Below are positions 46,641-56,187 of a stretch of DNA of 64,000 nucleotides, piece by piece. The stretch spans positions 1,860,001 through 1,924,000 of the forward strand of contig OZ361256.1 of the NCBI GenBank assembly GCA_977018835.1, given 5' to 3'. The position numbers and the translations under genes were made by a program. Origin of the DNA: Minutocellus sp. GHC0000111 (taxonomy: Eukaryota). The notes beneath the pieces were generated by a model that had not been told where the DNA came from, made no database searches, and saw only the letters and a list, made by a program, of their open reading frames with translations. Each line of letters opens with the position of its first letter. Position 1 is the stretch's first letter.

Positions 46641-47216
46641 TCATATTTCGGCACCATCAGACCCCATCATCTGCTCGTACCGCTCCCACGGCGGTAGTTC
46701 CGAGTCCTTGTCGTAGGTAATGTCCCAAACCCCATCGGCCTCCGTGGTGCAGCTTTCGGTGGGCTCCCTCACGTTCTTGTCGTACGGTTGCCGCTCCGGC
46801 TTGGGGATGATGGACCCGCTCCTCTTGGCGACGCGGACCTTGGTGCCGTCGTCCAGTATCTGCCGATGGATCCTCGTGGGCTTGCCAGTGACGGGATCAA
46901 CCAAGTTGACGTTGGAATAGTGCAGAGAGCGGGGCAGGTCGAGCGTCCGCTCCTGGATGCCCTTGGCCTCGTCGGCGGGGATCTTGACGGGCCCTACGTT
47001 GACCCCGTCGACGACGACGGTGTCGGTGTCGCGCTGGACGGCCAGGATCTTGCCCTGCTTGCCGAACTCCGGATGCCTCCTTGCGACGACCTGGACCGTG
47101 TCGCCGGTGTAGATGTTCCACTTCTTCTTCTTGGCGGCCTCGGCCAGCTGCGGGTTGAGCTTGGGCCGGACTTGCATCAGCTTCTGCTGCAGCTTGACTC
47201 TGACGTGGGTGGCCAT
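46641..47216 (-). CDS. Mitochondrial ribosomal protein uL24m
   Basis: KOW motif WNIYTGDTVQV...GKQGKI, VVDGVN, LHYSNVNLVDPVTGKPTR, KVRVAKRSGSIIPKP. Confidence 0.9.
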   Translation of the reverse strand: MATHVRVKLQQKLMQVRPKLNPQLAEAAKKKKWNIYTGDTVQVVARRHPEFGKQGKILAVQRDTDTVVVDGVNVGPVKIPADEAKGIQERTLDLPRSLHYSNVNLVDPVTGKPTRIHRQILDDGTKVRVAKRSGSIIPKPERQPYDKNVREPTESCTTEADGVWDITYDKDSELPPWERYEQMMGSDGAEI

Positions 47217-47809
47217 GCTTGTCCTATTACACTGTGTATATATATTAGTATGCTGCTGCTTTGAAAAAAGGGCACGCCGCGTGGGATGGATATTCAAAGC
47301 ACAAAGATACGACCTTTCAGTTGTGCAGGTCAAGCAATTCAATTGCGATTGCAGCACCAGTCAGCGAACCAGACGGTCAATAATTTCAGCACATCTTGTG
47401 TGGGGCGGGGTGGGCCGGCTCACCCCTGACGGGTGACGACCAGACGAAACCGGGACCATCAAACCACCAAATCAGTCGCGATGGAGTGAGTCGAGCGAGT
47501 CGAGTCGTCTGTGGGCGAAAAAACGCATCGGAAACCAATGTCAACAAATGCTCGCTCGTCTCCCTCCAACGGTTGCGTCGTCGTGGCCAATTGCCAGGTG
47601 GGTAAAAAAACGGCACAAAACTGCGTGCCGATGGGCGTGTCGACCTTGCCAACTCGTACCTCGCCCGTACCTTCGAGACTTATCTACCTTGATTTTCCCT
47701 GATTGGGGGGCATCTTTTGGTCCGCCCCAATTGAACATTGATCTAGCTTGAAAAACACATTCGACTCGCCCTTACCTTGGCCTGCTTTCTTAGCTTGCTT
47801 GCTTTCTCG

Positions 47810-50800
47810 ATGACGAGCAGCAGCACGATGAAGAGTTTGTTCGGGAAGCCGCTGGTCTTCACTCCGCGGGAGCTCGAGCTGTTTGCCGAGCTCGAGATGC
47901 AGGAGGCCGAGGCGAACAGCAATGCCAATAGCAATAACCACGCCGAAAAGAGCAAGCATGCGACGGTATCCGATGTCAATAACGAAGTCATCGGCGGCGG
48001 CGGCGGCGGCGCTTCCGCTTCCAGCCCCCAGTCCGGTAGCGGCAGCGGAGCCGACGCCAACGTTTCGTACGCCGCGGCCGTCCGTTTGAGGGCCTCCTCC
48101 GTCGGAAGTGCCGGAAGCGGCAGCGGCAGCGCCGGAAAGAGCAATAGCAATAGCGCTGCTACCACCGCCGCCGCGGTTGCCAATGCTTGGGGGACGGGCG
48201 GCGGCAGTCCGAGTCCCAGCCGCAGCACTCGCCGTCGCACCTCGGCGTCGTCCTCGGCCACGACGACGACGACGACGACGAGAAGCATAAATAACGCCAA
48301 CTCCAACGCCAATGCGAACGCAGCAGCAGCAGCAGATGTCACGGCCATGTCCACTCCGAAGATTTACAATGGCCATGGCCATGGGCCGCACAGTACGACG
48401 CTAACTGCCAAGGCCGCGAATACCAACAATCCCGGCCGGCCTCCCCGAGGAACTGTCAGATGCCTCAGCCGGAGCCGAAGTGACAGCTACAACACCAGCG
48501 GCACTGTCACAACTACCACCACTACCACCACCGAACACCGACAAGACACGACGACCCCGACCTCGACCTCGACCTTCACTACGACGGCGGGCAGTAATAA
48601 TACCAATACGAAAACATGCACCACGAGCAACACGACCAGCACCAACTCCGCCACCGCAACGGCCAACGCATGGACCAGCGGACATCACCATCCCAGCAGC
48701 GGCAGCCTCAACGGCGGCGGTGCAGGTGGCAGCGGTAGCGGCCGGAGGAGCCGCTCCAACAGCAACACCAGCATCACGTCGGCCCTCTCCATGTCGTCGG
48801 CGGCGGCCATGGCCATGACCAGACCCCGGCCGCCCATGCACAACAACAGTAGCTTTGGCAATAGTGTTGCCGGCAGTTGTGCCGGTGCCGGTGGTGCCGG
48901 TAGCGCCATTGCCTCGGGTGGTGGCCAAGCTGCTCAGGCCCAGACTCCGCCGAGCAAGCCTCAGCATCTCCTGCGCCGGCAGGCCTCGGCGCCGACGCCA
49001 CTGGCGGCGTCGGCGCCGGCATCGGCGTCAGCACCGGCGCCGTTATCTGCCTCGTACGTGATTGCTGCGTCGTCGACCAACCACGCCAGTAGCAATACCA
49101 GTAGCAACAACAGCAGCAGCAGCAACAGCTTCCTGTACAGCTGCCCATCGCACTACAGCCAATACCAGAGCGACAACATGTCCATCCGGTCCAACCGGTC
49201 GATCCAGTCCGCCCGGTCCGACCAGGGAGATCAGCACTCCATCTCGTCCGTCGGGACGATCGGGACGGCCACCACCCTCGGCACGACGGGGAGCAACCTC
49301 AACTGCCACCCCCGCAAGTTGCAGCCTCAGTCCCAGGGTCAAGGTCAGTCCCTGTCGTCGGCAGCGGCACCCTACCAACATCCCCACCCCCATCACCCCG
49401 GCTACCCACTCTCGCGGTCCAACTCCTACACCAGCATGACGTGCCCACCGCCGTATCTGCAAGACATCCAGTACCAGGAGCACGACGAGGCCCTCACCTT
49501 CGCCCTGCGGGGGCGGAACATCTTCGACACGCCCGACGGCCTGACCAAGCGGCGGCGGGTGCTCAACAGCCTCGAGGACATTCTGTGCCAGTGGAGCGAA
49601 GATCTGTCCACCGTCCCGATGAGCCCCGGATGCGCTCGATCTACGTGCGACAACAGCAGCCGGGGCAGCATTAGCAGTTGTACGTCGTCGTCAAGGGCAT
49701 CGAGGTCGACGAGGACATCGAGGTCGACGTCATCGAGGTCGAGATCGGCCTCGCCGGTGTCCATGCCTCCGCGTCCGCTGCCACCCTCCCGTGGTGCCAG
49801 TACGTGCAGCTCCGTTGCCAGTGCAAGTGCACGGAGTGGCCGTAGCAGCAGTGACGCCGAGAATTGTGGGGATTGCAACAACGAAATGGGGGAATCCTTG
49901 TCCGGTGGGAAAGCCACCAACGGCAGCAGGGGTCGGGTGGCGGTCATCTCCTTCGGATCGTACCGGCTGGGGGTGCACAACCCGTCGGCCGACATCGATG
50001 CCTTGGCCCTGGGCCCGCCGCACTGCACCCGGGAAGACTTTTTTGCCTCTCTGGTCCAGATGTTGGACGACGACGAGCGGGTGACCGATTTGCATCCCGT
50101 TTCCAGGTGAGTTATTTTTTTAATTTTTCTCCGACTTATTCACCATGGTGCCCGGCTGGTGAAGAGGTCCGGTCGAGGACATGAACTATCGATTCAAATT
50201 TCATATTCTTATATATATTCCACACGTTCTCTATCTCGACCATTCCACCCGATACCCACTCTACCAGTGCCTACACGCCCGTGATCAAATTTGATTTCGA
50301 TGGCATTGCGATCGATCTAGTCTTTGCGCGTCTTGCCGATGGAACCAAGCTTCAAAAGCCCTTTCGTGCCCAGCCTCAAGCGTCAATGCCTCGAATGGAG
50401 CTAATGTTGGAAGATTCCGACCTCATCGGGGTCGACGAGGCCAGCGGCCGATCCCTCAACGGGGTTCGCGTCGCACAATACCTCTTGGAGCTGGTACCCG
50501 ATGTAGAAGCCTTCCGTCTGACTCTCCGAGCCGTGAAGGAATGGGCCATTATCCACGGCCTTTACAGCAATGTGTTGGGATTTCTCGGCGGCGTGAATTG
50601 GGCCATCCTCGTGGCATGGGTTTGCATTCGTAACGATGGGGCACCGGTTTCCGTCCTCCTTCGGATCTTTATGCAGACCTTTGCCCAATGGAAGTGGCCG
50701 AAGCCGGTCCAACTCCGACCGGCGATGTATGCCCCGCCACTGGAAGACATCACCCCCCTTCCCGTGTGGAACCCAAAGAGGAACCGTAGGGATCGGTCGC

Positions 50801-51624
50801 ACCTTATGCCCATCATCACTCCTTGCTACCCCAGCATGAATTCCTCCTACAACGTCGGTCAGCCACAGCTACGACGACTGAGGGAAGAATTTGTCAAGGC
50901 CGAGCAGATCCTGTCTGATATCCTCGAGGGAGATGGATCTCGGGAATGGAATGATTTGTTTGTGGGAAGCGATTTCTTCCGCGAGCACATGCACTACATC
51001 AAGATCGATATCATTGCAGACAATGAAGATAGCTTTCGAGCCTGGTTTGGCCTTTGTGAATCTCGGATGCGAATGCTTATTGCCGCACTGGAATCGCCTC
51101 GGCTTGGAACGGAGGTCCATCCCTTTGCCAAACTCTTCAAAAGAACGGAATCGGAAGAAGGAGAGGGCGGGGAGGAGACTGTTCGTCATGTTGCCTCGTT
51201 CTTTGTGGCGCTTCGATTTGAGGAAGGAATCGAGGACGTAGATGTGAAGCCATGCTGCGAAGAATTCCTGTACAAGCTCAATTCTTTCGAAGGGCGCCGA
51301 CCCGGCATGGACCTGACAATTTATTGTCTTTTGCAGAACGAGCTTCCAGCCTTTGTATTCGAGAGCAAGGATGATGTGAATAGTATTGATGGACTTGAAA
51401 CTGGTACTGATGCTGACGTCGGCGATGGGAAGTCCGACGAGTCAGATGATAAGAGCAAGTTCAACAGTACTCATAGTGGGAGAGCTGGTGGGGATGATGA
51501 CACCGATTCGTCATCGTCGCAGGCGATTTCGTCCACTACGAGTAGTCCCAACCCTTCTCCTACGAAGCGATTTCGACGCAGATCGGATGAATCAACATCC
51601 TCCACTTCTTCGCTGGACCAGTAA
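47810..51624 (+). CDS. Canonical poly(A) polymerase with very long S/T/N/G-rich N-terminus; intron 50107-50267
   Basis: FGSYRLGVHNPSADIDAL (DxD), AYTPVIKF across the splice, IDLVFARL, RSLNGVRV, GFLGGVNWAILVA, MPIITPCYPSMNSSYNV. Confidence 0.92.
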
Positions 51625-51656
51625 CTTAACTTTGGATCGGCATTTCGCATAAGAAT

Positions 51657-51678
51657 TTAAGGTTAGGGTTAGGGTTAA
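51657..51678 (+). repeat. Short interstitial telomere-like repeat TTAAGG-TTAGGG-TTAGGG-TTAA
   Basis: Directly visible 33 bp after the poly(A) polymerase stop codon. Confidence 0.5.
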
Positions 51679-51875
51679 CGCATAAAAATAAAATCAGAGG
51701 GCGATGAATTGAAGTGTACAATTGTACTTCGTAGAAGCATATTCCGTAGGTTGATATTGCTGTGATTTTATCCCCATTTTGCCACTATGATTTACATGTA
51801 ATGTACTCTGTTTCGTTTTTGTTTTCATGAGCATGTGAAGCATAGCAGAAATGCCATGCTCCGAACCGCCACAGA

Positions 51876-53504
51876 TTAGCGCCTGATACTCCTGCTTGCT
51901 CTCAGCTTGCGTTTGTTGAGATCCCACTTGAGAACTTCATGGGTGCCATTTGCCAATTCCTGGCAGCAGGCCTTGACTTCGTCTGAAACATCGTCACCGG
52001 CGTCGATAAAGCCCAGCTTTGTATAAAAGACTTTGACGCCATCCCACTCGCCACCATCCCGAATTGTCGAGGACTTGCCCACCTCGAGATAGATATCATT
52101 TATGCCGAAGCCTTTGGCAAGATCGAGGATGCATCGGAGCAGGTACGTTGGGTATCCCTTCCTTTCACACTTGGCGTTGACAGCGAACCACGACATGAAC
52201 CAAGATCTGCCCTCCTCGACGGACTTCCACAGCACAACGGATGTGCCCGTGTCGTTCTGGGTAGACAGAATGAGAGTATGATACAAGTCGGAAGAACGAT
52301 GTACAGGACCAAGTAAGCGAATACGCTTCGTACCACCCACAGCCTCATTCGGTATGCCCTTGAAGCGCGTCCGCAACACAATCTTGGCATCTTTGAGTGG
52401 ATGCATGTCGTGGTCAGGCGACCATGATTTGGGAGGAAGGTAAAGCAACGATCCGCTGCTATTGGTCTTTCCTACATTGCCAACGTCGACTTGGGCGACC
52501 TTTGTTTGATAAATTCCTTCTCCAATGACTTGGAGATGATCTTCATCAAATGATGGAGGAGGTGGCAACGCTATAATATCATCGGCATCGTCGGCCTCAT
52601 CGAGCATCTCATTGTCATCCTCATTGTTTTCGTCGTCAGGAGCTTTGGATACGGACATGGAAGATGTGACTTCTTGGACAGCTGGCATCTTGGAGTCTTC
52701 AAAGTTACTATTACTGGCGCCAATGGTAGTAACGTCCGCATCGACACCCCTTGGGGAGATCAATCCAGCGTGGGGATCGTGCTCGGACTCGAACTCGGGC
52801 TGAGCGGCAGCGGCGTCGTCATTGGTCACGGCAAAAGCGGCACATGTTGTGCCGGAATGTTTTGCAGTGACCAGCGGCGTCCCATCTCTCAGGGCCTTGG
52901 CCAGCTCTGGTCCGTCGTGTTGCTCGATGCACTTCAGAACGAGATCCTTCTTCTTCTTCGACCCCAAAACCCCGACAAATGCGTCCATTGCCTTCACAAT
53001 GATTGGCATGATTGCCTCAGAGTCATTTGGATACCCGATCCTCTTGAGGATGAAGGTGGCATCTTCCTTCCTTCTCCTGAGTTTGTTGTCTTTCACAGAC
53101 TTTTGAGCAGTGCCATCTAGCTTATCCTTGGCATATTGGGCTTTCCGAAGTGCTCTTTTTCTCGTGTCACTTCCCGCGCCGTTCGAGCAGGCTCGTTTTC
53201 CTCCTCCGGCTCGGGCATTGACATGAGATGAGGGAGCCCCCCTAGCTCTGCCCGCATCTACACCAGGCCATTGGGCATAGGGCCATGGATAGCCATGTGG
53301 GTGTGCAACGAGGGGATTCGAGGCGTAGACGGTGAATGCTTGGTTCCGGCCAGCAGTCTGACCCCGATCGTCTTGGTCCTGGACCATGAGATTTTGACGC
53401 GTGGGCTGCTGCAAATTAGACCCACCAGCACTCAAAGCGCCTGCCGTGTCTCGCTGATGAAATGGGTAGCGATTTGCATTTGGCACCTGAGGATGGGCCA
53501 TCAT
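51876..53504 (-). CDS. Uncharacterised protein with C-terminal GNAT acetyltransferase-like domain
   Basis: WFAVNAKCERKGYPTYLL (motif A-like), DIYLEV, FYTKLGF; basic NLS-like and acidic regions upstream. Confidence 0.6.
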   Translation of the reverse strand: MMAHPQVPNANRYPFHQRDTAGALSAGGSNLQQPTRQNLMVQDQDDRGQTAGRNQAFTVYASNPLVAHPHGYPWPYAQWPGVDAGRARGAPSSHVNARAGGGKRACSNGAGSDTRKRALRKAQYAKDKLDGTAQKSVKDNKLRRRKEDATFILKRIGYPNDSEAIMPIIVKAMDAFVGVLGSKKKKDLVLKCIEQHDGPELAKALRDGTPLVTAKHSGTTCAAFAVTNDDAAAAQPEFESEHDPHAGLISPRGVDADVTTIGASNSNFEDSKMPAVQEVTSSMSVSKAPDDENNEDDNEMLDEADDADDIIALPPPPSFDEDHLQVIGEGIYQTKVAQVDVGNVGKTNSSGSLLYLPPKSWSPDHDMHPLKDAKIVLRTRFKGIPNEAVGGTKRIRLLGPVHRSSDLYHTLILSTQNDTGTSVVLWKSVEEGRSWFMSWFAVNAKCERKGYPTYLLRCILDLAKGFGINDIYLEVGKSSTIRDGGEWDGVKVFYTKLGFIDAGDDVSDEVKACCQELANGTHEVLKWDLNKRKLRASRSIRR

Positions 53505-53790
53505 TCACAAGTACGTGTACGCCTCAAAGCCTCGTTGCGTGCTGCCGAGCGGATGCCAACATCCCGTGATGGCAAATGCATTGGCAAATAAATTGGCATT
53601 AAAATAAGCTTGTTCGCCGGAGAAATTCAAAAACCTTTCGGAATTTTTATATTTTTCACCTTCATAAATGTTTAAAATCCAAAAACTATAATAACAAGCA
53701 AGCCTTTCCAAAACAACTACAAATATTTTTACCACTTTTAAGAATATTGAAAAAATTCAAAAAACACGAAGCAACCCGTTCAAAAAAACC

Positions 53791-54531
53791 ATGGGCAGTC
53801 CCAACGAAGATACCATCGTCAACACCTACTGCGCCGTATCGGCGGCGTTCTTCGCGGCCTGCGCCATCGCCCAGCTGAACGACCCCGATCCTGTTCTGTG
53901 GGTGGCCGGCTACGTCACCGGCGGATGCCTCCTCAACGTTTTGTGCGTGCTGTATCACTCCGTCGGGCAGTACTTTGATGATGACGACGATGATAACGAG
54001 CACAAAGATGGCAACAACAAGCTACTACGATTACTACGAGGCGGTGGCAGCAACAAATCATCCGCATCCAACGCAAGCAAACGAGAAAAGCGAAGCATGG
54101 GGAGCATATCGCAACGGCTCATGACGGTCTTTGCCGGTGGGACGGCACTGATCATATTCCGCATGACGGCAATGGACCTCCTTCCCAAGCTGGATCTGCA
54201 CCAACCTCCCAAGGACCTGGCATGGTCGATACTGGAATTCGAGGAGGGGAGAGAAATTGCTGGCCTGCTACTATTGGCATTGCACGTGTGGAAGCTTCGA
54301 GGATATCTGGCGATTGCAAAGTCGGCACCATCAACAGAAGCAGCAAGTTCGCAAACCAAAACAGCTTTCTCATCTCTTGTCGGGACGGCTCTCATGGTGG
54401 GCATTATCGGCGGGGCCGTCTACCTGTGGGTGTACTACCAGCCCCTGATGAATGCACGGTACGGCACTGAACACTGCGATGGGGCCTTTGGGACGGACCG
54501 CGGCGGATCATCGTCATCGTCGGAGTTATAA
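53791..54531 (+). CDS. TMEM220-like membrane protein
   Basis: AQLNDPDPVLWVAGY and EEGREIAGL motifs; several TM helices. Confidence 0.75.
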   Translation: MGSPNEDTIVNTYCAVSAAFFAACAIAQLNDPDPVLWVAGYVTGGCLLNVLCVLYHSVGQYFDDDDDDNEHKDGNNKLLRLLRGGGSNKSSASNASKREKRSMGSISQRLMTVFAGGTALIIFRMTAMDLLPKLDLHQPPKDLAWSILEFEEGREIAGLLLLALHVWKLRGYLAIAKSAPSTEAASSQTKTAFSSLVGTALMVGIIGGAVYLWVYYQPLMNARYGTEHCDGAFGTDRGGSSSSSEL

Positions 54532-54670
54532 TATTGTGACGAACATCTAACATGGTGACTTAAAAAAGGATATAACAATTAGCTCTGAAGCAGCCCATCC
54601 CTTATTATCTAATTAAAACATATTTTACACTCTGCCGACATATATTACTTTCGTCACCCATTACCCTCGG

Positions 54671-55378
54671 CTACCGGCCCATCTGTCCGTTTGCCTTGTC
54701 GTCTGTTGCGGCAGCTTCGTTTCCCTCCTTTATTATTGTATCATCGTCCTTATCATCGTCAGGAGATACATACAAGTGAAGATTCTCACCAGCCTCATCG
54801 TCGTCATCAACATCGTCCGAGTCATCATCACCAATCCCAAGGTTGGCCAGCTCCTCCGCCATCTTTTTTATAAAGCTCTCCCGTACGGCCACGGCAGCCG
54901 ACGCGGAAACGCTGCAGCAGTCCTCGAATATGACATCACTCCGGTCCGGAAGTCGCATGGCAACGATCCGCCTCAGCTTGGCGTTCTGCCTCTGAAGAGT
55001 GATCATCTCCATCCGCAGACTTTCCACGATGAACTTTGTTCGAACGCCGGAATGGCGAATCTTTTGCACCCCTTGTCGTCGTATTATTGTTGGTCCGCCG
55101 TTTCTTGCTTCGTGGTCCGCCTCAAGGTGATGGCCATCCTTCCGATCCAGTCCTTCTTTGACGATATCATCACCGGCCGATGATTCACCCTTGTCACCAT
55201 GAGAAGTAGAATGGACCGGGGCATTTTGTTTGCCGCCATTTTCTGCCGCCGCATGGGCAGTAGCAGCAGCACAAGCCGGTCCTGGTGAAGGTTCGATCTG
55301 TGCCGCCGTGCAACTTGCATTCCCGTTTGACATCATTCTTGCGCCCGACGAGGCGTCGGACCCACCAACACTATCCAT
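54671..55378 (-). CDS. Small protein with degenerate aureochrome-type bZIP and acidic tail
   Basis: IRHSGVRTKFIVESLRMEMITLQRQNAKLRRIVAMRLP resembles the stramenopile bZIP pattern AKRSRVRKKFLLESL...ENEKLR (recalled consensus). Confidence 0.55.
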   Translation of the reverse strand: MDSVGGSDASSGARMMSNGNASCTAAQIEPSPGPACAAATAHAAAENGGKQNAPVHSTSHGDKGESSAGDDIVKEGLDRKDGHHLEADHEARNGGPTIIRRQGVQKIRHSGVRTKFIVESLRMEMITLQRQNAKLRRIVAMRLPDRSDVIFEDCCSVSASAAVAVRESFIKKMAEELANLGIGDDDSDDVDDDDEAGENLHLYVSPDDDKDDDTIIKEGNEAAATDDKANGQMGR

Positions 55379-56187
55379 TGTTAATTGGCCTTCTCGTATC
55401 ACCCCGTTTAAATGTATTATATCTTGTCCGCGCCGAGAGTCGAGCCGGAAAGAAGAGGCTCTGGCGTCAAGCAGATGCAGAACGAACCGAGCGCCGTTTG
55501 TGCTTTCTCGAGATGGAGGGCAGGCGCAAGTGGTCCGGTCGGTAGCAGCACCGGTAAATTTATTTGCACGACTTTTGCGCCGATACAAAGGACACCGAGC
55601 AAAAGAAAAGGCCGAGTGAGGTCTTTTGATCAGCCACGTTGCGCCCGAACCGTGCAGTAAGTTTGCCAGGCACTCGATTTGTGCTGGGAAAAAGTGGCGG
55701 CCGGTCAGTGATTGTGTGACGTGTTGCTTTCTCGAGTACCGCGAAAGATACGGATCGGAGAATGCGCCAAGAAGTAACAGAGGTCAGAGCAGCGCTGGTC
55801 CTTGGCTATCTTGGAGACTCAGCACGAGAGGAGAGCAGGGTGTACCAGGGCCACGGAGCGCTTCAAGCGGTCGAGCGGTCATCGCTCGTTCCGTTCACGT
55901 TTCTCAAGGGTGATGAGAGGATGTCTGTCGAGAGTTAGGGGTTATGAAAGCTGCTCTGGTCCGTCCGACCGTCGTCTTGCAGCAAATGCCTTTGAAGATG
56001 TTCCCCAAAAATTTGATAGTATTAGGGGGAGATAGGGTATCAAAATAGCAGGCGTTGTTAGGAAAAAATAATTTTAGTACATATAAAGGGATCTTATGAA
56101 TAGGGAAAGCTCCCAGATATTGATCATATCTTTGGAGATCAACCAGAACCCGCCTCTCATTTTTCCGCCAAGACCACCAACAACACC

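Noticed and set aside
710..51624. Functional cluster of RNA-processing genes (NSA2, REX4, RRM, SF3A2, PAP)
   Set aside because: The genes are interleaved with unrelated ones and the category is large; there is no evidence beyond chance.
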